A stretch of DNA of 64,000 nt from Pyrodictiaceae archaeon (GTDB lineage Archaea; Thermoproteota; Thermoprotei_A; Sulfolobales; Pyrodictiaceae). The position numbers and the translations under genes are program-made. Positions 9,225 to 20,008 of this stretch are shown in pieces (the stretch's first letter is position 1; each line of letters begins with the position of its first letter). The stretch is from the NCBI GenBank assembly GCA_027036135.1, contig JALVSY010000007.1, forward strand, positions 964,880 to 1,028,879, in the 5' to 3' direction. The notes beneath the pieces are model-generated. The model was given only the letters and a program-made list of their open reading frames with translations. It was not told where the DNA came from and ran no database searches.

Positions 9225-9562
9225 CAAATAGCTCTTATGAGCTTACTCGTTTTTAATTAAAGCACTGAGTCGTTACAACAACTACTATTTGCTTAGTCAC
9301 AACCATCTTTTATTCTGCATTATAAGTTCGTTGTATGTTGCTAGATGCTCGCAAAAAGTAACGACATGTCCCGGTAAACCATCATATACAAGAATTAACA
9401 GTATAAAGGGATGCGCATCTCTATAAGAGAAGTAAGTTGCAGTCATATTTAAGCAGAAGGGAGGATTATGCGCTAGGTCCTGTAGTTTTCTCACGAATGG
9501 TGAGACAGTGGGCTCTTTCTTAAAAACCATGTTGAGTCCTTAGGTCGCTCTTACTCTGAGGG

Positions 9563-9862
9563 TTACTCCTCCTTCTTCTCGAGGACTATCTCGATAGTGC
9601 TTACTCTGCTCTGGCGGCCGTCAGGGCTCTGTATTACTTGGCTGTCTATCTTTATGTCTTTTATGTCGATCTTGCCCGGTAGGAATCTCTTCCTCACTAT
9701 CTCTACGGTGTCTACAGCTTTGCTTATTGCGCGGCCTCTGGCCTTTATCACTACTTCCTTGACTCCCTGGTTTAGTAGGGTTAGGGTTGCTAGTACATAG
9801 TTCATTACGGGCTTCTTACCGACTAGGACTACATTGCTTGGGGTTGCACCTGCCTGTGCCAT
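9563..9862 (-). CDS. albA: DNA/RNA-binding protein Alba1
   Basis: [24 protein letters not shown] and VSTIEI motifs. Confidence 0.96.
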   Translation of the reverse strand: MAQAGATPSNVVLVGKKPVMNYVLATLTLLNQGVKEVVIKARGRAISKAVDTVEIVRKRFLPGKIDIKDIKIDSQVIQSPDGRQSRVSTIEIVLEKKEE

Positions 9863-10069
9863 TGCCGTCTCCCTCGGCGTTATTCGTCGTGTGGGCAGAG
9901 GAGGGGAGCCTCGTATTTAGGCTTTGCGTTTCCCACGGTAAGGACACTCTTCCGCTAAGTAATACTCCTGAATAGATACCATAAATGGGTGTTACTGAGC
10001 CCTTTCTCTCTAAGACGCGATGCGCCTCCACTTTAGATACTGAAACGTAGGTAGCGGGGAGGATTCTCG

Positions 10070-13000
10070 TTGACGCTGCTGGCGCCAGTATTCCATCATG
10101 CCTGCCCTAACTGTGGCGGCCCCATCGATGCATTGCGCTTAGAGAAAGGACTACCCTGTGAAAAGTGTCTTCCACGGATAGACTACCGTAAGATAGAGGG
10201 GCTTAATTACTATGACCTGGTTACGCTTGTCGGCAAGTTACTAAGCGAGAATGGTAAACTACAAGGGTACTGGTATCTATATAGCTCTATTCAACAACTT
10301 AGAGAGTTCGAAGAGTTCTTCAAGAAGCTAACCGGGGGATCCCTTTGGAGCGCACAGCGCACATGGGCTAAGAGGCTTCTCCAGAACGAAAGCCTTGCAA
10401 TAGTTGCTCCAACAGGGGTTGGAAAAACAACACTGCTAAGCGTCTATGCCCTCTATAAGGCGCTTCAAGGAGAAAAAATATACTACGTGCTACCAACCGG
10501 TAATCTAGTAATCCATTTAGAGAAAAAGCTTACATCACTAGCTAGCAGGATAGGAGATGGCCAAGCACCACGTATCGTAAGTTATCACTCAATGCTCTCT
10601 AAGAAACAACGGGACGCAAGAATATCTACTATACAAAGCAATGAATACGATATACTAGTCACTACTTCTAGCTTTGTTTCTCGTAAATGGGATCTATTAC
10701 ATGGCGCCAAGTTCTCATCCATACTAGTTGATGATGTTGACGCGGTTCTCAGGAACTCTAAGAATATTGACAGACTCCTAATCCTGCTAGGATTTGATGA
10801 AGAGAGCATATCACTCGCCTACCAAGTCATTAAGAAGAAGATAGCAGCTGCTATAGCGAAAGCTAGTGGACATATAAAGCTCTACGAAAAGATACTTGAA
10901 GAACTAGAGGTTCTTGAAGCCAAGCTTGCGTCAAAGCTTGCATCAATTATTCCAGGTCAGCTCGTCATAGCCTCTGCAACGGGCCGAGCATATGGTCTAA
11001 AACCGAAGATATTCAGAGAGCTACTAGGCTTTGATATTGGGCGCGTATATGACTACACGAGGAGTGTTACAAACTTCTACTCTGTCTCCGATAACCCGGT
11101 TAATGAAGCAATCAAGGTAGTTACCAAGCTGGGTCCGAGAGGACTTGTATTTGTAGCAAAGAGGTTCGGTAAGGATGTGGCAAAAGAAGTCGTAGAACTC
11201 CTTAACCACGAAGGAGTTAGGGCTGGACTAGCTCTTGCCGGCACACGTGTACTAGACAAGTTTGCACGAGGCGATTACGATGTATTAGTTGGTGTCGCAT
11301 CATACTATGGCACAATTGTTCGAGGTCTTGATATGCCTGAACGAGTACTTTACACGGTATTCATTGGTGCACCTAGCCAAGCCATAGAAGCACCAAAGGC
11401 GTTATTGTCGCCATACAGAGTTGTAAGGGTTGGAATAGACCTAGGACTCGATGGGATAGACGAATTAGCGAAGAAGATATCTAAGCTTAGTCCAGGCGAG
11501 CAAACTGTTCTCCGCATAGCTCTTCAGCGCAACGAGGCGCTAGAAGGCAAGCTCGGCGAGATACTAGAAGAGATTCTTCATTATCGCAGACTAGTTCTAA
11601 GGAGAATAAGGAAGCTTGTAGCTGAAAAAGAAACAGTGGTGCTAGGTTCAATACTCTTCAGAGTTGAGAGAGGGAAGCTGTTGGCTATAATGCCGGATGC
11701 AGCTACTTATGTACAAGCAAGCGGCAGGGCCAGCCGAATGCTGGGATCACATATGACTCATGGGATAAGCATAGTAATTGATACACAGCCCGAGATAATA
11801 GAGCTTCTAAAATCAAGGCTTAAACGCTTCATAGATAACGTAGACTTCGAGCCACTAGATGAGGAGAAGCTAAGAAAGGAGCTTGATAGAGCAGAAAGAA
11901 GTAGGAAAGGAGTAATAGGGAAGAGAGTAAATATAGAGACTTCGCTGATAATAGTAGAGTCACCCACGAAGGCTAAGACTATAGCCTCCTTCTTCGGGAA
12001 ACCTGTGAGGAGGAGACTAGGCTCAATAGTAGTTTATGAGACAACTTTTTACAATAATGTATCCGGTAAAATACACGTAGCAACAATAGCGGCATCAGCA
12101 GGCCATGTATACGACTTGTCAATAGACGGGGAAGGCATCTACGGTGTAGAATTGGCGCTTGACAAGGTCTCGCCAATATATAAGCCTATTAAGAAATGCC
12201 TTAGCTGCGGGCACCAATTCTCCTCGTCAAGCGATACTTGCCCCAAGTGTGGCTCAACAAACGTGATAAGCAAAGCAGATATCATAGAGGCTCTTCGCCA
12301 GCTAGCAACAGAGACAGAGGTAGTCTACATAGCCACGGACCCCGATATCGAAGGCGAAAAAATCGCTTATGACCTATATCTCCTACTTAGACCATACGCG
12401 CGCAGTATTAAGAGAATAGAACTGCACGAAATAACGCGCCACGAGCTTATGAAGGCCTTAGCAACGCCACGCGGTATTGATAAGAGACTAGCATTTGCAC
12501 AAATCGTTCGAAGAGTAGAGGATCGCTGGATAGGATTCGGACTAAGCCGGCACCTCTGGAACGTCTTCGGAAAGAACTGGCTAGGTGCTGGCAGAGTACA
12601 AACTCCTGTTCTCGGATGGCTAGTAGAAAGGTACAACGAGTGGAAGAGGAACCAAGGATACAATATATACATTAAGTTAGGTGAACATGCACGCCTAAAG
12701 ATGTTTGTAAAGAGCGCTGAGATAGCTAGAGAAATAGCTGAAACAATTACCAAGAAAGGGCTCATAGTAAAAGAAGTAAAGATAAGCATCAATGTTCTCA
12801 ACCCGCCACCGCCATATACTACTGAAACACTTCTATTCGATGCATCAAGAATACTAGGTTACCCTGCCCAAAAAACAATGAGGATTGCCCAAGAATTATT
12901 CGAGGCAGGACTAATCACATACCACAGAACAGACTCAACCCATGTATCATCCACGGGGCAAATGGTAGCAAAACAATACATAGAAAAGACAAACCCTGGG

Positions 13001-13753
13001 AACTATCAGCCAAGAAGCTGGGGGCCACAAGGCCACCATGAAGCTATCAGGCCGACAAGGCCCATAGACGCAGCAGAGCTTAGAAAACTAATAGCCACAG
13101 GTGAAATAAGAGTCCCTATAACTATGAGAGAGAGTCACTACAGGCTCTATGACCTTATATTTCGCCGCTTCATAGCCAGCCAGGCCAAGCCCGCAGAGCT
13201 AGTACAGTCTACGATAAAGTTCGTTATACCTGATATCGAGGAGGAAATAGTAGCCCAATACTATGTGGGTGCAAGGCAAGAAGGCTTCCACGAGTACTAT
13301 CCCTTCCCAAGGTTATACGGCGAGCTAAAAGACCTAAGCCAAGGAGACAGAATAGTGCCTAGGCTTGTAGCCGTGAAGAGAGGCTCAAAAATAACGCTGT
13401 ATAGTCACGGTGAAGTAGTGGCGCTAATGAAGGCTCGTGGCATAGGAAGGCCTAGCACATATGCAAAGACTATCGACACCCTTGAGCGCCACGGGTACGT
13501 GATTGAGAGCAAGTTTAGGAAGAAACTCATACCTACAAAGCTAGGCATAGAGGTATACAATTACTTGTCGGAGAACTATGGTGAACTGGTATCAGAGGAG
13601 CGGACTAGGAAGCTTTACGAAGAAATAGAGAAGATAACTCGAGGCGAAATAGAAGCTACTATAGTGATAAAGGAATTGTACTTAGAGCTCGAGGAGTTGC
13701 TCGAGGAGCCAGTAACACTGATACCTGGTCATAAGGGTGTTATTGGAGCTTAA
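10070..13753 (+). CDS. rgy: Reverse gyrase
   Basis: N-terminal Zn finger CPNC...CEKC; APTGVGKT; DDVD; YVQASGRASR; IVESPTKA; DPDIEGE; ITYHRTD; GIGRPSTYA. Confidence 0.97.
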   Translation: MTLLAPVFHHACPNCGGPIDALRLEKGLPCEKCLPRIDYRKIEGLNYYDLVTLVGKLLSENGKLQGYWYLYSSIQQLREFEEFFKKLTGGSLWSAQRTWAKRLLQNESLAIVAPTGVGKTTLLSVYALYKALQGEKIYYVLPTGNLVIHLEKKLTSLASRIGDGQAPRIVSYHSMLSKKQRDARISTIQSNEYDILVTTSSFVSRKWDLLHGAKFSSILVDDVDAVLRNSKNIDRLLILLGFDEESISLAYQVIKKKIAAAIAKASGHIKLYEKILEELEVLEAKLASKLASIIPGQLVIASATGRAYGLKPKIFRELLGFDIGRVYDYTRSVTNFYSVSDNPVNEAIKVVTKLGPRGLVFVAKRFGKDVAKEVVELLNHEGVRAGLALAGTRVLDKFARGDYDVLVGVASYYGTIVRGLDMPERVLYTVFIGAPSQAIEAPKALLSPYRVVRVGIDLGLDGIDELAKKISKLSPGEQTVLRIALQRNEALEGKLGEILEEILHYRRLVLRRIRKLVAEKETVVLGSILFRVERGKLLAIMPDAATYVQASGRASRMLGSHMTHGISIVIDTQPEIIELLKSRLKRFIDNVDFEPLDEEKLRKELDRAERSRKGVIGKRVNIETSLIIVESPTKAKTIASFFGKPVRRRLGSIVVYETTFYNNVSGKIHVATIAASAGHVYDLSIDGEGIYGVELALDKVSPIYKPIKKCLSCGHQFSSSSDTCPKCGSTNVISKADIIEALRQLATETEVVYIATDPDIEGEKIAYDLYLLLRPYARSIKRIELHEITRHELMKALATPRGIDKRLAFAQIVRRVEDRWIGFGLSRHLWNVFGKNWLGAGRVQTPVLGWLVERYNEWKRNQGYNIYIKLGEHARLKMFVKSAEIAREIAETITKKGLIVKEVKISINVLNPPPPYTTETLLFDASRILGYPAQKTMRIAQELFEAGLITYHRTDSTHVSSTGQMVAKQYIEKTNPGNYQPRSWGPQGHHEAIRPTRPIDAAELRKLIATGEIRVPITMRESHYRLYDLIFRRFIASQAKPAELVQSTIKFVIPDIEEEIVAQYYVGARQEGFHEYYPFPRLYGELKDLSQGDRIVPRLVAVKRGSKITLYSHGEVVALMKARGIGRPSTYAKTIDTLERHGYVIESKFRKKLIPTKLGIEVYNYLSENYGELVSEERTRKLYEEIEKITRGEIEATIVIKELYLELEELLEEPVTLIPGHKGVIGA

Positions 13754-14582
13754 ACCTCCACACAAAATCTTCGGGGCTCGGCATAGGCGGCATAGAGCGC
13801 TTATGCTTACTAGCCTCATAGAGCTCTAGTACACGCATGACTTTTGATGTGGGAAGCCCTGTGGCCTCTGCTGCCTCTTTTACGCTCATTCCTTCGTCAA
13901 ACAAGGCATAGAGTATAACGTCTATCTCGTCGTACTTCATCCCAAGCTCCTCTTCTGCTAGGTGACCTGGCCATAGCCTAGGGCTGCTAGGCTTCCATGT
14001 TATCTTGACAGGTACGCCTAGGTGTAGTGCTAGTCTCCTCACCTGCGATTTGTAGAGGCACCCTATCGGGAGAAAGTCAACGCCACCATCACCGTACTTG
14101 GTGAAATAGCCTATGAGTAGCTCGCTTCTATCGCCGGTTCCGGCAACTAAGTAGCCAAGGTTATTGGCGTGATAGTAGAGTATGGACATCCTTATACGTG
14201 CTCTAAGATTACCAATGGTTCTCTTATCGGCTTCTCCTAGCTGCGCGACAAAGGAATCAACTATAGGCTTAATATCAATGATGCGGTAACGTACCCCTAG
14301 CCCCTCTATAAGGGCTTTCGCATCCTCGACATCCTCTCTGGGTGTAACGGAGCTATCTGGCAGGATAAGTGCGAGAACCTTGTCCTTTCCGAGCGAACGC
14401 ACTAATAGATTAAGAACAGTAGCTGAATCAACGCCACCGCTTACACCGACTACAGCGCCTTTTGCTTTCGCATCCTCAACGTAGTTCTTGATAAAGTCTT
14501 GCAGGCTCCTCGTGACTCCATCGTAGTCCAGTTTAACAATTTCCTCTAGAGTGATTTTCCTGGGCATAGAGTAGCTCACCAT
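13740..14582 (-). CDS. nadE: NH3-dependent NAD+ synthetase
   Basis: SGGVDS, GNLRARIRM and GYFTKYGDG motifs. Confidence 0.95.
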   Translation of the reverse strand: MVSYSMPRKITLEEIVKLDYDGVTRSLQDFIKNYVEDAKAKGAVVGVSGGVDSATVLNLLVRSLGKDKVLALILPDSSVTPREDVEDAKALIEGLGVRYRIIDIKPIVDSFVAQLGEADKRTIGNLRARIRMSILYYHANNLGYLVAGTGDRSELLIGYFTKYGDGGVDFLPIGCLYKSQVRRLALHLGVPVKITWKPSSPRLWPGHLAEEELGMKYDEIDVILYALFDEGMSVKEAAEATGLPTSKVMRVLELYEASKHKRSMPPMPSPEDFVWRFKLQ

Positions 14583-14679
14583 AATACTTCTTGTTCTCCG
14601 AGAAAATAAACTAGTGCCTCTGAGGCGGTGTCAGAGATAATACTAAGCGCTAATACTCTCTAAGATATGGTCCCGCGTC

Positions 14680-16275
14680 ATGGAGATAGAGTTCGGGCTA
14701 GGCCCCGAGATCCTTTCAAAGGATGCCCACGTCATTGACACTAACTCGGAGTGGCTTGGCGTCTCAAGGCTACAGCTCATGGAGAATGCTGGTAGAAGTG
14801 TGGCGGAGATCGTAGCTCAGCGTACACGGAAAGGGGGACGCGTAGTAATATACGCTGGAAGCGGTGGCAACGGAGGAGATGGTCTGACAGCTGCTCGTCA
14901 CCTAGCCTATATGGGGTATATGGTTGAGGTAATACTCCTTGCAAGACCCGAGCAGATACGCTCCGAGGAAACACGCAGAATGTACGAGATATTGTTATCA
15001 ATGGACACGAGTGTCGCGATACATACTGTACGCTCTACAGCCGAGATAGCACCGGTCAATGCGGATGCAGTAATAGACGCTCTTCTCGGCGTAGGTGTTC
15101 ACGGCGCACCACGCTCACCGTACAAAGAAGCCATAGACGCGATAAACAATTCAAGCGGTCTAAAAATAGCGATTGATGTACCATCCGGCCTAGACCCTGA
15201 TACAGGAGAAACGCCCGGGGCATATGTAAGAGCTGACATCACGGTAACCTTTCATAAGCCTAAGCCTGGTCTGAGAAAGAGACCAGATGTTGTAGGGGAA
15301 TTAGTTGTAGCGAGCATAGGTGCGCCGCCGGAGTCAGAGATATACGTAGGCCCTGGCGATATCGAAGCTAGAGTACCTAGGCGTACATGGCTTTTTCACA
15401 AAGGTATGGCTGGCCGCGTACTCGTGATAGGCGGCTCGATAGACTTCGTCGGAGCACCGATTATAGCAGCAATTGCCGCTGAGAGAACGGGTGTGGACCT
15501 AGTCTACTTAGCAGCGCCGAGCAATGTAATAAGAGCAGCCTCAAACCACTTCACTATAATACCAGTAGAGCTACGTGAACATCCATGGCTTCATCCTGAT
15601 CACGTAAAGATACTTGAACCCTTCATAGCGAGAGTCGGCTCAATAGCAATAGGTATGGGTATGGGCCTCCACGACGAAAGCTGGGAAGCCTTTCGCACAG
15701 TAATCGAACTAGCTAAGAAATACGAGAAGCCAGTCATAATCGATGCCGATGGCTTAAAACATTTATCAAGAGACCTCAGCCTCCTCGGTAAAAACATCGT
15801 TATTACTCCCCACGAGGCAGAGTTCGAGAAACTATTCGGCGAAAAACCAGAGTCAATAGACAAAATAGTATCAAGATCGAGAACAGCAGCAAAGAAGGCA
15901 AGAGAACACAAAGCAACGATATTACTCAAAGGAGCCGTAGATGTAATAACGGATGGAAAAAGAGTACGGCTAAACAAGACTGGCGCACCAGCAATGAGTG
16001 TAGGTGGTACAGGAGACGCCCTAGCAGGCATCACCGCCGCGCTACTAGCAAAACACCTAGAACCATTCGATGCAGCATGTATCGCTGCATTCATAAATGG
16101 TGTCGCAGGCGGCCTGGCTTACCTAGACAAAGGTGATTCTATGACTACACAAGACCTCTTAGAGAAAATACCAACGGTCTTAAGCAACCCACCTGAGGCA
16201 GCCAAGAAGGCCACAATATACCGCAGTATCAAGTACAGGGAGAGAATCGGGGCCCCGGGATGGCAGGTATTGTAG
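14680..16275 (+). CDS. nnr: Bifunctional NAD(P)HX epimerase/dehydratase
   Basis: LMENAG, GNGGDG and DVPSG (YjeF_N); HKG, DADG, TPHEAEF and GGTGDALAG (carbohydrate kinase). Confidence 0.95.
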   Translation: MEIEFGLGPEILSKDAHVIDTNSEWLGVSRLQLMENAGRSVAEIVAQRTRKGGRVVIYAGSGGNGGDGLTAARHLAYMGYMVEVILLARPEQIRSEETRRMYEILLSMDTSVAIHTVRSTAEIAPVNADAVIDALLGVGVHGAPRSPYKEAIDAINNSSGLKIAIDVPSGLDPDTGETPGAYVRADITVTFHKPKPGLRKRPDVVGELVVASIGAPPESEIYVGPGDIEARVPRRTWLFHKGMAGRVLVIGGSIDFVGAPIIAAIAAERTGVDLVYLAAPSNVIRAASNHFTIIPVELREHPWLHPDHVKILEPFIARVGSIAIGMGMGLHDESWEAFRTVIELAKKYEKPVIIDADGLKHLSRDLSLLGKNIVITPHEAEFEKLFGEKPESIDKIVSRSRTAAKKAREHKATILLKGAVDVITDGKRVRLNKTGAPAMSVGGTGDALAGITAALLAKHLEPFDAACIAAFINGVAGGLAYLDKGDSMTTQDLLEKIPTVLSNPPEAAKKATIYRSIKYRERIGAPGWQVL

Positions 16276-16323
16276 GTCGTTAAGGGCGTAAAAGCCCAGC
16301 CCTTCAACGGCCCTCCCGGGGCC
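16251..16323 (+). other. Nested GC-rich stem-loop spanning the nnr stop codon
   Basis: GGCCCCGGGA/TCCCGGGGCC outer stem; GGTCGTT-AAGGGC/GCCCTT-C-AACGGCC inner stem; a G-U pair favours the + strand. Confidence 0.6.
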
Positions 16324-16380
16324 ATCCATTTTCCGTGAAGCAAATACAGCCCTATCTTATTCTTATCCCTTAATTATGTC

Positions 16381-16448
16381 TAGGGGTCGGTGTGAGACTA
16401 GGCCAGTCATAGCTTTCGCTCCTAGACTGCCCGCCTCGCCATCCCCTA
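16381..16448 (-). ncRNA. Degenerate box C/D sRNA candidate
   Basis: TAGGGG/CCCCTA stem; C-like ATGGCGA; D' CTAG; AGC-GAAA-GCT mini-hairpin; C'-like ATGACTG; D CCGA. Confidence 0.45.
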
Positions 16449-16515
16449 AGGATAAAGATTTATAGGAGGCTTTAAATAGGGTTTATATCCCCAGCATTAA
16501 AAAGGGTGTTTACGT

Positions 16516-17115
16516 ATGGCTTCTATGGAGCAAAGTAAGCGTCAACAAGGCAAGGATGAGCCAAAGCCCATTGTAAACATAGAGAATATTGTTGCGACTG
16601 TCTCGCTTGACCAGACCCTTGACCTAAGAATGATCGAGAGAAGTATACTAACGGTAGAGTATAACCCTGAGCAATTTCCCGGGCTCGTATACCGCCTTGA
16701 TTCCCCGAAGGTAACTGCACTGATATTCAAGTCCGGTAAAATGGTTGTCACGGGAGCGAAGAGCACAAGGGATCTCATTGAGGCTGTAAAGAAGATTGTC
16801 CGGAATCTAAAGAAACATGGTATCCCTATACATGGGCGCTCCAAGGTACAGATACAAAACATAGTAGCTTCTGCTAACCTAAATGTATGCGTCGACCTAG
16901 AGCGTGCAGCACTGACACTTGAGAACAGCATGTACGAGCCGGAGCAGTTCCCAGGTTTGATTCATCGTATGGACGAGCCGCGTGTTGTACTCCTAATCTT
17001 CGGCTCAGGGAAAATGGTCATAACCGGTGCAAAGAGGGAAGAAGAGGTCTACGAAGCAGTTAAGAGAATCTATGAAAAGCTCAAGCGAGTTCGTGCTATT
17101 AGGCCATGTACCTAG
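16516..17115 (+). CDS. tbp: TATA-box binding protein
   Basis: Two repeats NIVA...YxPEQFPGL...LIFxSGKMVxTGAK. Confidence 0.98.
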   Translation: MASMEQSKRQQGKDEPKPIVNIENIVATVSLDQTLDLRMIERSILTVEYNPEQFPGLVYRLDSPKVTALIFKSGKMVVTGAKSTRDLIEAVKKIVRNLKKHGIPIHGRSKVQIQNIVASANLNVCVDLERAALTLENSMYEPEQFPGLIHRMDEPRVVLLIFGSGKMVITGAKREEEVYEAVKRIYEKLKRVRAIRPCT

Positions 17116-17127
17116 GAGACTAGTGCT

Positions 17128-17715
17128 TTATCCTACTTTTTCCCTAAAAACAGTCAGTTCCTCGGCAATGTAGTAATCAAGTACCTTTGTTAGCTTGTTT
17201 AATATTCCCTCTAGTTCCCTGGTACTAAGTCTCGATACTAGGGTCATTATGGCCATAAACCTTGCTAGCGTAGAAAATATGAATTCCTCTAAGAACTCCG
17301 TATCGTAGTTGGTCTCTCCTTTCAAGCTCCTCTCGAGATAATCTATTACTGTTTGGAGCAAGTTAAGCTCGTGTATCGCGTACCTCATAATAGAAGCTGA
17401 TAACTCTGCATACATAAAGTCATTATCAATTCTATCTACGTGTGATGATATAGCCTCAGCGGCTTTATCAAGAAGAACGTCCCTTAGCCTCCTTAGCTGG
17501 TTAAGTAGGAATAATCCATAGAGTTTAGGAGGTACATTATCAAGAGGCTTAGCAGTACCCATCGCGTAGAGATATACCTCGGTAAGAGAAAGTGTATTGT
17601 TATCCCTAATTCTTGATAATAATAACTGGGCTAGGTTCTCAATAAACTTCTCAACACGGACTTGGGCACTACTTCTGCTTCGTGTATTGCTGGTCTCTAT
17701 TTCTGATTCGTTCAA
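17128..17715 (-). CDS. Hypothetical alpha-helical protein
   Basis: 195-aa ORF, last gene of the pgk-gap-usp run. Confidence 0.7.
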   Translation of the reverse strand: MNESEIETSNTRSRSSAQVRVEKFIENLAQLLLSRIRDNNTLSLTEVYLYAMGTAKPLDNVPPKLYGLFLLNQLRRLRDVLLDKAAEAISSHVDRIDNDFMYAELSASIMRYAIHELNLLQTVIDYLERSLKGETNYDTEFLEEFIFSTLARFMAIMTLVSRLSTRELEGILNKLTKVLDYYIAEELTVFREKVG

Positions 17716-17774
17716 TGCTCAGCAACCTACCCTTCGCTCACCATATCGCACTATCGGGGCAGCTCATCACCGCA
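17716..17774 (-). ncRNA. Box C/D sRNA, predicted to guide 16S 5' domain methylation
   Basis: C GTGATGA, D' GCGA, C' ATGGTGA, D CTGA; guides contain CCCCGATAG and AGGGTAGGTTG, complementary to recalled 16S CUAUCGGGG and CAACCUACCCU. Confidence 0.85.
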
Positions 17775-17799
17775 GACATGTTTTTGTAAAAATATGCTG

Positions 17800-18408
17800 C
17801 TAGCGGTTCTCTAATTCTTTTACGGCGCTGCTTATTTTTCTTAACATTAACTTGATTGCTGCCTCTTTGCCTGCTACCTCGCTAGGCGGAAGATATTCTA
17901 CGTGTACGTTCTTTATCAGCTTTGCCTGTGCGGCTAGGCGTTTATCACCGGTAAAGAAGATGACATGCATATTTTTCTTAGCTAGATGCTCTAGGAGCTT
18001 CATTACATCGTAATCATCTCTTGCTGGTTGCTGATATAATCGTGCACCGATCTTTACAGTTTTATCTATTCCTCTTCCAAGTATCTCGTGGAACTCTATG
18101 AAAGGCTCTCTGATTTCGCGCTCGAGTATCTCTGCAAATCCCTTAAACATCTGGTCGAATACAATAGCTATTCTATCAATCTTTTTCTCCTTCTGAACAA
18201 GTTCCTTACCAGGAGTAACTTCCTTCTCCTTCATAGTTGTATAGGCTAGTAGCTCCTCTATTTCAGATGGCTCAAGTATTGCTATCGAGGTTGCACGGTA
18301 AATGGTAATAGTTGAAGAGCACTTACTCTTTGCTTCTCTAAGAGCGTTAATTAGAGAAGTTGTCTCGAAAACTTTATTATCACAATGTACTATATAGATT
18401 CTCTTCAT
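17800..18408 (-). CDS. Hypothetical protein with C-terminal PIN-like (Mut7-C/DUF5615-type) domain
   Basis: IVFDQMF...DDYDV...FFTGDKRLA acidic pattern; likely start ATG 18408. Confidence 0.65.
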   Translation of the reverse strand: MKRIYIVHCDNKVFETTSLINALREAKSKCSSTITIYRATSIAILEPSEIEELLAYTTMKEKEVTPGKELVQKEKKIDRIAIVFDQMFKGFAEILEREIREPFIEFHEILGRGIDKTVKIGARLYQQPARDDYDVMKLLEHLAKKNMHVIFFTGDKRLAAQAKLIKNVHVEYLPPSEVAGKEAAIKLMLRKISSAVKELENR

Positions 18409-18418
18409 TTGTTGTCGC

Positions 18419-18859
18419 CTATCTAACAATCATTACCGATATCGCGGAGTTGACCACAATAGAGAGCGCAACGCTACCAATAATTAGGTCCTCATTGGCT
18501 GTGTTCCCCCTAGCGCCTAGTATAACTAAGTCGTATCCACCTTCTACTATTTCCGATATTATCTCGTTCGCGATGCTGCTTGTGCTTGGCTCATAGCTTC
18601 TTAACTTAATGTTAACCCTGACCCCTCTCCTCTGTACGTGTTGCTCTATTGCCTTCCTTACTCTCTCTGGATCCTCTTTACTATTGTAGACGTAGAGAGC
18701 GGTTACCTTAGATCCGTAGCGTTGGGCGAAGTCAAGAGCGACATCAAGTGCTCTGAGGCTTATCTCGGAGCCATCTATAGGCACCAGTATCCGTCTAAAG
18801 AGATAGCTTATTCGATAAGTTGGCTCAGGTATATACTCTGCCATAGTTGCAGCACCCAT
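18419..18859 (-). CDS. Universal stress protein (UspA family)
   Basis: RILVPIDGSE...DLVILGARG...IIGSVA motifs. Confidence 0.93.
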   Translation of the reverse strand: MGAATMAEYIPEPTYRISYLFRRILVPIDGSEISLRALDVALDFAQRYGSKVTALYVYNSKEDPERVRKAIEQHVQRRGVRVNIKLRSYEPSTSSIANEIISEIVEGGYDLVILGARGNTANEDLIIGSVALSIVVNSAISVMIVR

Positions 18860-18912
18860 GCCTAATCCTTCTTACGCAGTAGGAATCTCTTGATAAAAAA
18901 CCCAGGCTCCTT

Positions 18913-19944
18913 TTAAGGTATTCTTCCTCGGAGGAGGCCTAGTGTCTCGTCGGTTAGCTTTATGGACTCCTCAGGTGTTTTCGCTGCTTCTGTCAAGGCC
19001 CTTATTGCATCAATGTTCTCTGGGACAACAATCGATTCTTGATGGACCGCTTGCATCCACATTACTTCATCACCTCTTACGGTAATGCTTTCGAGCCATA
19101 TGGCTAGCTCGGGCATATCATACCGCTTCCTACCTATGTCGCGCATGTACTCTACTAGGTCGGCCGTACTCTTTAATCCGAGATCACTACTTACTAGTAT
19201 TATTCGCGGCGCGTTCTCGAATGCATTTAGCACATCGTTGAGAGTTATACTTGTCCCTAGTCTTGCATAGACTATGTGTACGTGCATAAGCGTCGTGGGC
19301 ACGACCACGGCGCTAGTCACTATATCTAACCAGGGTAGCACAGTCTGTACATCGGGGCCGTGGTGGCTTGGCAGCTTGGCTGGGTTAGGTACTATAGCGT
19401 TTACAGGGCCGCGCTTGATTTCCTTGGGGTCAGCGGCTCTGCGCACAATTGTTGCTCTAACGGACTTGACGCGGGCGACCCTGTTAAGCGTACATATGCT
19501 TCGGAGAAGAGCGGTGGTATTACACGACACTACGCGTATGCTTCTTTTGCCTAATGCTTGCTCATAGTTGCAAAGAGTGCTAAAAGACACCTCAGCGACA
19601 TCGGCTTTCTCGCCTCCCTGGAAAATCATCTTGACTCCGGCCTTCTCGTAAACGGGTTTATATGACGCTCCAACACCACCAGGTGTTGCATCAACTATTA
19701 CGTCGATGCTACCCAATAGATCCTCGAGAGTACCTGCTACTTCTATTCCTTTTTCACGGAATTTGTTGATGTTCTCTCTGAGCGTATATAGCTTTATCCC
19801 ATTCCTAGCAGCATATATAGCGCCATAATCGGGCCTCGTCTTAACGACGCCTACTAGCTCCATGTCTGGCTGTAGTCTTACTGCCTCTGCTACCCTCTTC
19901 CCTATAGTACCGAACCCGTTCACACCAACACGTATCCGGGCCAT
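18913..19944 (-). CDS. gap: Archaeal (class II) glyceraldehyde-3-phosphate dehydrogenase
   Basis: NGFGTIGKRVA, VVSCNTT, PSHHGPDV and HQESIVVPENIDAIRA motifs. Confidence 0.97.
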   Translation of the reverse strand: MARIRVGVNGFGTIGKRVAEAVRLQPDMELVGVVKTRPDYGAIYAARNGIKLYTLRENINKFREKGIEVAGTLEDLLGSIDVIVDATPGGVGASYKPVYEKAGVKMIFQGGEKADVAEVSFSTLCNYEQALGKRSIRVVSCNTTALLRSICTLNRVARVKSVRATIVRRAADPKEIKRGPVNAIVPNPAKLPSHHGPDVQTVLPWLDIVTSAVVVPTTLMHVHIVYARLGTSITLNDVLNAFENAPRIILVSSDLGLKSTADLVEYMRDIGRKRYDMPELAIWLESITVRGDEVMWMQAVHQESIVVPENIDAIRALTEAAKTPEESIKLTDETLGLLRGRIP

Positions 19945-20008
19945 GAGCCTACACCTCTAGAGTCTTCATCCACGTGTATAGTAATGAATTTGTAGAGTAT
20001 ATGAGTGA

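Noticed and set aside
9297-9562. 77-aa ORF, possible replication origin, or a C/D sRNA at ~9497-9560
   Set aside because: The ORF has no motif or SD; no ORB-like repeats or adjacent cdc6; the boxes (ATGGTGA, ATGTTGA, CTGA) lack a D' box and correct spacing
16251-16328. tRNA gene or SECIS/PYLIS element
   Set aside because: It has an acceptor-like stem and a nearby CCA but no T-loop, D-arm or anticodon arm; no selenoprotein UGA or Pyl machinery is visible
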